A stretch of DNA of 64,000 nucleotides from Capsulimonadales bacterium (GTDB taxonomy: Bacteria > Armatimonadota > Armatimonadia > Armatimonadales > Armatimonadaceae): assembly GCA_033762295.1 (NCBI GenBank), contig JANRLW010000064.1, forward strand, positions 109,214 through 173,213, given 5' to 3'. The position numbers and the translations under genes were made by a program. Below, piece by piece: positions 10,127-17,902 of the stretch. The notes beneath the pieces are model-generated. The model searched no databases. It was not told the DNA's origin and was given only the letters and a program-made list of their open reading frames with translations. How positions within the stretch are numbered: the stretch's first letter is position 1; each line of letters opens with the position of its first letter.

Positions 10127-11380
10127 TCAGTTCGATTCCAGGTAAATTCGTCCGTCCGCCGTCCGTCGAACCGTGCCGGTGATGACGATCGCGCTGCCGA
10201 CCTCCGCCAGCGGTGTCTTTCCGGTGACGTACAGGGTGACGCCCTCGGAAGCCAGAACCCAATCGTTCCGGGTCACGGGCGGGGCGCCGTTTCCGCCCTG
10301 CCGACCGTTGAACCGTCCGACCAGAGTGACCTGGCGTCCGACGAAGGTCGCGCCCGCCGGTGAAACAAGAACCCGCGCGCTGACCTGGGTCGCCCCGCCG
10401 GTCGGCGGTTTCAGGGAATCTCCGGTGCCCGGCGCCGGTCTGCCGACGGTGAGGACCGCGGACGCCGGAAGGTACGGGCGGCCGCGCGACTCCATTGGGG
10501 TCAGGAAGGCGTTGAGCGAATAACGGCCCACGGCGGCGTCGGGGGGGACGGTCCAGGTAGCGGTGAAGGTGCGTGTCTCGCCGCCGGGAATGACCACCTG
10601 TCCGAGCGCCTGCGTGAACATCATGCCGCGCGATAACTGCCAGATCGGGAGGCGTTCCGGATTGGTCGCGATCGCATCGAACCGCTGCCCGCTGGAAAAT
10701 CGAAGGGTGACCGGAGCGGACGATCCGTTTCGGACGCTGTAGTTCAGCGTTACCTCCGATCCTGCGGCGACCACCGAAGGGGTGACCGCCAGTGCGGACG
10801 TAAGAGCGGTCTGCGGTTGTCCCGGGCGTGGCGGTTGTCCGGGCAACGTCGGCGGTTCCTCACCCGGCTCCTCCGGGGGATTGCCTGAATCCGCGCCGCC
10901 CAGGTAGATTTGAACGGCGACGCTGTCCTGGGGGAAAAGCCGGGCTTCGAGTACGTACACGCCGGAGGGGAGCGGCTTTCCGCTATCATCGGTCCGGTCC
11001 CACAACTCACGGTAGGTCCGGGATGCGCCGCCTTCCAGCGTGAACGACCCGTTCGGCAGACGAGGCCAGTTACGTGAGAGCGTGAAGACCGCTTTCCCGG
11101 TGCGGGCGTTGCGTACCAGGAAATCGTATTGCCATTTTCCGCCGGTGTTGACGGAGTGACGACGGTCGCTGAGGTTGGTCAGGGTCATGGTCACGCGCAC
11201 CGCGCCGCGCGACCCGTACTGTGTTCGGTCGGTGGACAGCGCGGCTTCGAGCGTTCGAATCGGCTGGCGGATCTCATTTCGATTGCCGCCGCGATCGTTC
11301 TGTGCGTGAGCCGGGTGGGTTCCCCACGGCAGGCACGATAACACCGCGGACAACAGCGCGGTCAGGAAGGGGTTTCGCAT
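10127..11380 (-). CDS. Secreted protein with two BsuPI-like (proteinase inhibitor) Ig domains
   Basis: Signal AHA-Q; VTLRFSSGQRFD...WQLSRGMMFTQAL signature plus a divergent upstream copy, joined by a Pro-rich linker. Confidence 0.7.
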   Translation of the reverse strand: MRNPFLTALLSAVLSCLPWGTHPAHAQNDRGGNRNEIRQPIRTLEAALSTDRTQYGSRGAVRVTMTLTNLSDRRHSVNTGGKWQYDFLVRNARTGKAVFTLSRNWPRLPNGSFTLEGGASRTYRELWDRTDDSGKPLPSGVYVLEARLFPQDSVAVQIYLGGADSGNPPEEPGEEPPTLPGQPPRPGQPQTALTSALAVTPSVVAAGSEVTLNYSVRNGSSAPVTLRFSSGQRFDAIATNPERLPIWQLSRGMMFTQALGQVVIPGGETRTFTATWTVPPDAAVGRYSLNAFLTPMESRGRPYLPASAVLTVGRPAPGTGDSLKPPTGGATQVSARVLVSPAGATFVGRQVTLVGRFNGRQGGNGAPPVTRNDWVLASEGVTLYVTGKTPLAEVGSAIVITGTVRRTADGRIYLESN

Positions 11381-11389
11381 CGATCTTTC

Positions 11390-12895
11390 TCATTCCGCGA
11401 CGGCTCGTTCCTGCCGTTTGGCCTCCTGCCACCAGACCTCCATCCGGTCGGTCGGAACCGATTCCAGCGGAGTTCCCTCGGACCGGGCCTGAACCTCGAT
11501 AAAACGAAAACGTCGCTTAAATTTGTCCAGCTGACGTCGGAGTGCGTCCTCGGGTTCGATTCCCAGGCGGCGTCCGACGTTGACGACGGTAAACAGCAAG
11601 TCCCCCAGTTCGTCCGACAGGCGATCCTTCGAGGCGTCGGCGATCATCTCCGCCCGCAGTTCGGCCAACTCCTCCTCCACCTTCGCAAAAACGCTGTCGG
11701 TGTCCGGCCACTCGAAACCGACCCGAACCGCACGTCGGCTTACTTCCAGAGCGGCGGCCAGGGCCGGGAGACTGGTCGGAATGCCATCGAGGATGGAGAC
11801 ACGATCGGCGTTTCCTTTCTCCGCCGCCTTTATCGCCTGCCAGTTTTTTAAGACCTCCTCCGGGTTCGCCGCCTTCACCTCCCCGAAGACGTGCGGATGA
11901 CGGCGGATCAGCTTTCCGACGATGGCGGCGCAGACGTCGTCGCTGTCGAAGTCGCCCGTCTCCGCTCCCAGTTGGGCGTGAAAGACGACCTGCAGGAGCA
12001 GGTCGCCCAGTTCCTCGCACAGCTTTTCCGGGTCCTCCCGATCGATCGCCTCGGCAACTTCGTAAGCCTCCTCCAGCACGTAACGCCGCAGGCTGCGGTG
12101 TGTCTGTTCCAGGTCCCAGGGACAGCCGCCATTCGGATCGCGCAGTCGGGCCATCACCCGGACCAGATCGTAGAAGGTCGGTTTTCGAAGGTCGGCGGGG
12201 AGGGGAGGAACCCAGACGGAGGTCAGATGATCGTGTTCGTCGGATCGATCCAGTTCGAACAGCGGTAAGGAAAGGACGCGCTCCGCATTGGGGATGCCGG
12301 CCCAGCGAACGACCGTCACGGAGAAATCATCGGGATATCCGGCTCGCATCAGGGCCAGTTTGGCATCGGACGCCGCCTGTCGGGAGTGGACCTGGTACAG
12401 CAGGATCGGCCCTCCGGTACGCAGGGATTCGGCGGGCGCGGCCTCCGACGGGTTGAGCGAGAGCGCGTCGACCAGATGCAGATCGTCCGTAATCGCCTCG
12501 CCGAGGGCCTCGAGGCAGGCATCGACAAACGACGGTGCGGCGACGATCCGGAACGGGATATTTCGCTCTTTCAGCCGGGGCAGAAGCCGGGCGACGGTGG
12601 TTTCGCCGATCAGGGGATGTCCGGGGACCGCATAGATCAGGTCGGTCTCCGAGGCCGCGCGGAGGACCCGTTCGACGATGGCATCGTAGGTGGCGTCAAA
12701 CGAGACACCGCTTTCGTACTCGTCGTCGAGCGCGGTCAGCGGGACGGACCCCGGAGCGAACTCCGGAGACTCCTGATGAAAAATCGGATGCCGCGCCGTT
12801 CGTGCGTACACCGGCAGGCCGGAGGTCAGCAAGGAAAAAGCCTGAGGCGGGAGACGTCGAATGTCCCCCGGCCCCAGGCCCACGATGTGGAGCAT
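11390..12895 (-). CDS. mazG: Tetrapyrrole-methylase-like/MazG nucleoside triphosphate pyrophosphohydrolase (YabN type)
   Basis: IVGLGPG...YAVPGHP N-domain; GCPWDLEQTH.SL...EEAYE...EELGDLL and a second MazG domain. Confidence 0.93.
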   Translation of the reverse strand: MLHIVGLGPGDIRRLPPQAFSLLTSGLPVYARTARHPIFHQESPEFAPGSVPLTALDDEYESGVSFDATYDAIVERVLRAASETDLIYAVPGHPLIGETTVARLLPRLKERNIPFRIVAAPSFVDACLEALGEAITDDLHLVDALSLNPSEAAPAESLRTGGPILLYQVHSRQAASDAKLALMRAGYPDDFSVTVVRWAGIPNAERVLSLPLFELDRSDEHDHLTSVWVPPLPADLRKPTFYDLVRVMARLRDPNGGCPWDLEQTHRSLRRYVLEEAYEVAEAIDREDPEKLCEELGDLLLQVVFHAQLGAETGDFDSDDVCAAIVGKLIRRHPHVFGEVKAANPEEVLKNWQAIKAAEKGNADRVSILDGIPTSLPALAAALEVSRRAVRVGFEWPDTDSVFAKVEEELAELRAEMIADASKDRLSDELGDLLFTVVNVGRRLGIEPEDALRRQLDKFKRRFRFIEVQARSEGTPLESVPTDRMEVWWQEAKRQERAVAE

Positions 12896-12905
12896 AGGTT
12901 CCCCT

Positions 12906-14018
12906 CTACGGAGTTTTCGGAGCGGCGACCGGCGCGGATTCCGGCGCGGTTCCGGCGGGCGGGGCGGTCAGTGCGCCACCCGTCAGGGGCGCGACCGGCG
13001 CGGTTTTGCCCGCGCCCGCCTCCTCGGCGTTCTTGCGCAGCGCGTCCCAGACGACGGAGTAGGTCTTGTCGGTCGGCTCGAACTTCGCCGCCAATTTTTT
13101 CGCCACGATCTCGTTGCGGGCGTTCTGGTTCGCGGGTTCGGCCAGCTTCAGCGTTACCAACTGGCGCTTGATCAACGGAACGGCATCATCCGGGTTGATA
13201 TTGTAAGCCGGGATTTTGTGTTCGATCTTGACCCAGGCGACCGCTTTCGGCTGGTTGGGAAGGGCGAAATCGACCGGTCCGAAGAACTCGCCGTCTTTCC
13301 TCTGTTGCACCATCGCCTGATACTTCTGCCCGAGGGAACTGACCGGCTGGGGCTGGGCGATCAGACCGCCGGTCGCCCGGAGGGCGGGCGGGTTGATCTG
13401 TTTGGCGACCTCGTCGAAGGGCGTGCTCTTGATCAGCTCCTGAGCTTGTTTGAAGTCGGCGGAATTGGGCGCGACCAGAATCAACCGGAGCTGAACCCGG
13501 GCCGGAAGCCCGACATTTCCGGCGCGCTGATAGGCTTCACGGACTTCCTTATCCCCGATTTTCAGCTTCTGGGCGTAAAGGTTTGCCTCGGCCAGCTGAA
13601 ACTTCATATCGGCTTTGACCTCTTCGGGCGAGGTCCCCTGCTCTTTCATCGAGGCTTCGTAGGACTTGCCGGGGGCCTGGTTTTCGAAGAGGCTCTTCTG
13701 CAGGTTGTAGTAGCTCTCCACTTCCTTATCGGACGGAACGGCATTGGCTTTGGCCGCTTCCGAGAGGATCACCTGCTTACCGATCAGCTGATCGATAACC
13801 AGCCGTTCGGCGTTAATGGCCTGCCCGTTGGGCAGCGCGACATTCTGCCGTTCCAGCGCGTGGATGTATTCGGCCTGGGTGACGGTGACACCGTCGATCC
13901 GGGCGAAGGTCGGTTCCGTAGCGCAGCCGAACGTGGAGAAAGCGCCCAGCGCGAGCGCTCCACCCAGAGCGACCCGCAGACCGACAGGTTGGCTGATGTT
14001 CCGATTAAACTTCTTCAT
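12906..14018 (-). CDS. PrsA/SurA-like peptidyl-prolyl isomerase, probable lipoprotein
   Basis: Lipobox-like STFG-C; SurA_N helical region; parvulin-like VQLRLILV...FDEVAK...TGGLI. Confidence 0.75.
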   Translation of the reverse strand: MKKFNRNISQPVGLRVALGGALALGAFSTFGCATEPTFARIDGVTVTQAEYIHALERQNVALPNGQAINAERLVIDQLIGKQVILSEAAKANAVPSDKEVESYYNLQKSLFENQAPGKSYEASMKEQGTSPEEVKADMKFQLAEANLYAQKLKIGDKEVREAYQRAGNVGLPARVQLRLILVAPNSADFKQAQELIKSTPFDEVAKQINPPALRATGGLIAQPQPVSSLGQKYQAMVQQRKDGEFFGPVDFALPNQPKAVAWVKIEHKIPAYNINPDDAVPLIKRQLVTLKLAEPANQNARNEIVAKKLAAKFEPTDKTYSVVWDALRKNAEEAGAGKTAPVAPLTGGALTAPPAGTAPESAPVAAPKTP

Positions 14019-14125
14019 TTCTGCCCCCACCCGGTTCCCACCGGGTGTACAATACCTGATAATGTCCGTTCAGGGATAGGAATAATTGGGAATCAAGATC
14101 TGAGGACGCGAGAAAATCATCCGAT

Positions 14126-14141
14126 AAAGTTCGGTCGCGGC
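14126..14141 (-). promoter_or_regulatory. 16-bp motif containing GAACTT (ECF-type -35-like), copy 1
   Basis: AAAGTTCGGTCGCGGC, identical to 15485-15500. Confidence 0.5.
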
Positions 14142-14235
14142 CTCCGCTTCATGTACGGGATCGTTTTGCGGAGAATTCCCAAATAGGGACTATTTGCTCG
14201 GGAAAAGATAACTCCGATCGCCATTCGACCGCGAC

Positions 14236-14265
14236 ATCCTACCATGCGGTCCCCGGACGTGTCAA
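14236..14265 (-). promoter_or_regulatory. Sigma70-like promoter for the prsA-like operon
   Basis: Minus strand TTGACA-N18-TAGGAT with TG extension. Confidence 0.5.
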
Positions 14266-14302
14266 CGCGGGACCGCCCGGTCGGACGGTCCCGCGTTGAC
14301 AC
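14259..14302. terminator. 17-bp inverted repeat downstream of the DM13 genes
   Basis: GTGTCAACGCGGGACCG / CGGTCCCGCGTTGACAC. Confidence 0.5.
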
Positions 14303-14349
14303 CGGTGGAACTCCCGGTTCCCGGTTCCCGGGGCTGTTTCACGGGGCGA

Positions 14350-14850
14350 TTACATCAAGTTGGCCGCGCCGAAGTTGACGGCGAACCGTTTGCACCAGAT
14401 ACTGACCGACCGGTAGCGGGCCAGGTCGACGTCCGCCGGAAGTTCGTAGTTCTGATCGCCGATATTGCCCTTGATCGTTCCGAGATCGAGGTAATTTCCG
14501 GCATTGATGGTTTTGTTGTCCTTACCGTCGGCTCCGGCGACGAGGTAAACCCGGACATCCGGGCCGTTGGACGTATGAAAATCGGTAAAACGAAGGAATT
14601 TTTTGCCCCCGACCTCGACGACCTCCGCTTTGCCGGCGGTTTGATGGGCCAGCGCGGTGAAAGAACCGGTGAGCAGCGCTTTCGGTTCGGCGGCGACCGC
14701 AGCGGCGGGCGGCAGCGATTCGTTCACGGTCCGATTGACGAAAAGCAGTTCGGGGCGGAACAGAGCCCAGAGAATCGCCAGAACCGGAAGGGCAAGAACG
14801 ATCAGAAGGCGACGATTTTTGAACGGCGAGACTTGGTTGGTATTTTCCAT
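14350..14850 (-). CDS. DM13 domain protein, membrane anchored
   Basis: N-terminal TM; GPDVRVYL, DLGTIKGNIGDQNY, SVSIWCKRFAVNFG. Confidence 0.9.
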   Translation of the reverse strand: MENTNQVSPFKNRRLLIVLALPVLAILWALFRPELLFVNRTVNESLPPAAAVAAEPKALLTGSFTALAHQTAGKAEVVEVGGKKFLRFTDFHTSNGPDVRVYLVAGADGKDNKTINAGNYLDLGTIKGNIGDQNYELPADVDLARYRSVSIWCKRFAVNFGAANLM

Positions 14851-14952
14851 GGAATTTCCCCTTGGCGTTCGGTACGGATGCGTGAGGTCGTGAAATCGAG
14901 GCGGGAAGGTGAGGCAGGGGCCTTTTCCGGTCCCCTGCCGCGGGAATCGTGG

Positions 14953-15414
14953 TTACTGTTTGGCGGCGAGCGGCGCGGTGCCGAAGTTGACGGAGAACTT
15001 ATCGCACCAGATGGTCACGGCACGATACTTCCAGAGATCGATGTTTGCCGGAACCGCGTAGGTCTGAACGCCTTTCCGCATCTTGAGTTTGCCAAGGTCC
15101 AGGAATCCCGACTTCTTGACGCTGGCATTGTCCCGGGCATCACCGGCCGCGACGAGGAAAACATGCAGGGCCGGGCCATCCGCCGTGGCGAAGTTTTCGA
15201 GCTTCAGCTCCCGCGTTCCGTCCGGCTTTTCGAAAATGGTCGCAGTTCCGGACGTTTTATGCGTCACCATCCGGAATTTTCCGGTGGTAACGAGAACGGA
15301 GCTGCTCATTTTCGAAGTGTTGGACATTTTATCCTGGGCATTCACCGGCGCATTCACCATCAGAAGCGCGGAAAAGAGGCCGAAGATCGTTGCGGAGAGA
15401 AGTTTCTTGTTCAT
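14953..15414 (-). CDS. DM13 domain protein, secreted
   Basis: Signal peptide; GPALHVFL, DLGKLK..KG.QTY, AVTIWCDKFSVNFG. Confidence 0.9.
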   Translation of the reverse strand: MNKKLLSATIFGLFSALLMVNAPVNAQDKMSNTSKMSSSVLVTTGKFRMVTHKTSGTATIFEKPDGTRELKLENFATADGPALHVFLVAAGDARDNASVKKSGFLDLGKLKMRKGVQTYAVPANIDLWKYRAVTIWCDKFSVNFGTAPLAAKQ

Positions 15415-15484
15415 TTTCAATTCCTTTTGTTGATTTTTTGAGGATTTATCCTCGCACGCCGTATCAACGAATGGCGATATGGAA

Positions 15485-15500
15485 AAAGTTCGGTCGCGGC
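15485..15500 (-). promoter_or_regulatory. 16-bp motif containing GAACTT, copy 2 (probable ECF promoter)
   Basis: Minus strand GAACTT-N16-CGTT upstream of the DM13 gene. Confidence 0.5.
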
Positions 15501-15590
15501 AAAAATCAAAAGGAAAATTTCCCGGTCAGGAATCCGTTGCCGAGTGTCGTTCGAACGGAGTTCTCTAACCGAACGGAGGCTATGCGGAAA

Positions 15591-16265
15591 ATGAGGAATG
15601 TCAGTGAGAAAACGAAGGGCGGTTACCTGAGCGTGCCGACATCGGGGGGCGGGCCGGGCCTGATCGTCCTGCCGTCGTGGTGGGGGTTGAATGCGTTTTT
15701 TACGGGTCTCTGCGATCGTTTCGCCGAGGCCGGCTTTGTCGCCCTGGCGCCCGACCCCTATGATGGGGCGGTTGCCGTGACGATCGAGGAAGCGGAGAAA
15801 CTGAAGGACTCGCTGAACGAGGAGGCGACCTTAGGGCAGATTCTCGCGGCGGCCGACCATCTGCGAGGACATCCCGCGGTCGAAGGCGATTACCTGGGCG
15901 TCGTGGGCTTTTCTCTGGGCGCGCACTTCGCTTTACAATTCTCGGCGTCTCGCCCCGACGACGTCGCGGCGGTCGTGCTGTTCTATGGCCTGGGGGAGAC
16001 GGACTTCACGGCGGTGCGGGCGGCCTTTCTCGGTCACTTCGCGGAGAACGACCCGTGGGAACCGATGGAGCACGTTCGCTGGCTGGAGGGGCAACTCCGC
16101 GCCGCCGGGCGGGAAGTGACGTTCCACATCTATCCGGGCGTAGGCCACTGGTTCCCGGAGGCGGACCGGCCCGACGCCTTCGATCCGGACGCCGCCCGGC
16201 TGGCCTGGGATCGGACGGTCGCGTTTCTGAACGACCGTCTCAAATCCGCAGACCGGGCCGGGTAG
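15591..16265 (+). CDS. Dienelactone hydrolase family protein
   Basis: WWGLN, GFVALAPD, GVVGFSLGA (Ser in place of the usual Cys), YPGVGHWF, AWDRT; start uncertain. Confidence 0.88.
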   Translation: MRNVSEKTKGGYLSVPTSGGGPGLIVLPSWWGLNAFFTGLCDRFAEAGFVALAPDPYDGAVAVTIEEAEKLKDSLNEEATLGQILAAADHLRGHPAVEGDYLGVVGFSLGAHFALQFSASRPDDVAAVVLFYGLGETDFTAVRAAFLGHFAENDPWEPMEHVRWLEGQLRAAGREVTFHIYPGVGHWFPEADRPDAFDPDAARLAWDRTVAFLNDRLKSADRAG

Positions 16266-16277
16266 CGCGGGTCGATT

Positions 16278-17786
16278 CTACTTGGCCGGGGACCAGGCAA
16301 GGTCGAGTTGCCGGGCGGCGGCGGCTTCGTCCAGACGGCGAACCGGGGCATGGTGAGGCGCATCCAGGATCACCTGCGGGTTCGTCTCCGCCTCTTCCGC
16401 GATCTTTTCGACGGCGGCGATGAAGGCGTCGATCGTTTCGCGGCTCTCCGTCTCGGTCGGTTCGATCATCAGGCACTCGGGAACGATCAGCGGGAAGTAC
16501 ATGGTCGGCGGATGGTAGCCGTAGTCGATGATCCGCTTTGCGACGTCCAGCGCCTTGACGCCCTTTGCCTTTAACGCCTTCAGGGTGAACACACACTCGT
16601 GCATGCAGAGGCGATCATAGGCGACCGGGAAGGTTTGGCCCAGCCGGACACGCAGGTAGTTGGCATTGAGAACGGCGTTCTCGCTGATTTCCCGCAGACG
16701 TTCCCGCCCGTAGTGCCGGATATAGGCGTAGGCGCGGACGACCGCAAGAAAAGCCCCGGCATACGGCCCGACCTTTCCGATGGTCAACGGGCGTTCCGCC
16801 TCGGTCGCCAGAGCGAACGAGCCGTCGTCCCGCCGAATGGCGAACGGAACCGGCAGGAACGGCTCGAGTATCGCCCGAACGCCGACCGGACCGGAACCGG
16901 GGCCGCCGCCGCCATGCGGCACGGAAAACGTCTTATGCAGGTTGACATGCATGACGTCGAAGCCCATATCGCCGGGACGCGCCGTGCCGACCAGAGCGTT
17001 CATATTCGCGCCGTCGCAGTACATCAACCCGCCCGCCTCATGAACCAGATCGCTGATTTCGCGGATATCCTCCTCGAACAGTCCGACGGTGTTGGGGTTG
17101 GTCAGCATAAACCCGGCGACGTTCCCGGCATGGGCCAGCAACTGCGCTTTCAGGTGCGCGACATCGACCAGACCGCGCGGGTCGGTATTGACATCGACGC
17201 ATTTATAGCCGCAGCGGGCGGCGGAAGCGGGGTTGGTGCCGTGCGCCGCGGTCGGAACGAGGACGATGGTCCGGTGACCTTCGCCCCGATGCTCATGGTA
17301 GGCGCGAATCAGCATCAGGCCCAGAAGTTCGCCATGCGCACCGGCGGCGGGCTGCAGAGAGACGGCATCCATCCCCAGAATCGCCGCCAGATTCGTCTGC
17401 ATCCGATAGAGCAGTTCGATCGCGCCCTGGACCGTCTCCTCCGGCTGGTACGGGTGAACCCGGGAGAAACCGGGCATCAGGACCGCCTGATCGTTGATCT
17501 TCGGATTGTACTTCATCGTACAGGAACCGAGCGGGTAGAAGCCCTTGTCGACATTGTAGTTCAGCGACGAAAGGTGCATGAAATGACGGACGACATCCGG
17601 CTCGGCCATCTCGGGGAGGGGCAGTTCGTCGCGGAGGGCGACGCCCGGAAGGAGATCGTCGATCGGCTGCTCGGGAACGTCACAGGCCGGCATCTGCGTC
17701 CCGACACGGCCGGGACGCGACAGTTCGAAAATCGTAGGCTCAATGGTCTTTTGAACGGGAGAATGGGTCGCGGGTGCGCTGCTCAT
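16278..17786 (-). CDS. gcvPB: Glycine dehydrogenase (decarboxylating) subunit 2
   Basis: YPLGSCTMKYNPK, QPAAGAHGE, AHGTNPASA, PLP Lys in NLHKTFSVPHGGGGPG, EPTETES. Confidence 0.95.
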   Translation of the reverse strand: MSSAPATHSPVQKTIEPTIFELSRPGRVGTQMPACDVPEQPIDDLLPGVALRDELPLPEMAEPDVVRHFMHLSSLNYNVDKGFYPLGSCTMKYNPKINDQAVLMPGFSRVHPYQPEETVQGAIELLYRMQTNLAAILGMDAVSLQPAAGAHGELLGLMLIRAYHEHRGEGHRTIVLVPTAAHGTNPASAARCGYKCVDVNTDPRGLVDVAHLKAQLLAHAGNVAGFMLTNPNTVGLFEEDIREISDLVHEAGGLMYCDGANMNALVGTARPGDMGFDVMHVNLHKTFSVPHGGGGPGSGPVGVRAILEPFLPVPFAIRRDDGSFALATEAERPLTIGKVGPYAGAFLAVVRAYAYIRHYGRERLREISENAVLNANYLRVRLGQTFPVAYDRLCMHECVFTLKALKAKGVKALDVAKRIIDYGYHPPTMYFPLIVPECLMIEPTETESRETIDAFIAAVEKIAEEAETNPQVILDAPHHAPVRRLDEAAAARQLDLAWSPAK

Positions 17787-17902
17787 GAATGGTCGCTTTT
17801 CTAGGTCGTGCCTCGTCGCACCGGAAAGTAGGAATCGGATTTCGGAACGCTCGAATTATACCCGATTTCGTCCTTTCGCCGGAAGACCCTCCGGAACCGG
17901 GA

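Noticed and set aside
17787..17902. Glycine riboswitch upstream of gcvPB
   Set aside because: No GGAGA...CCGAAG...CTCAGG core, and the region is short.
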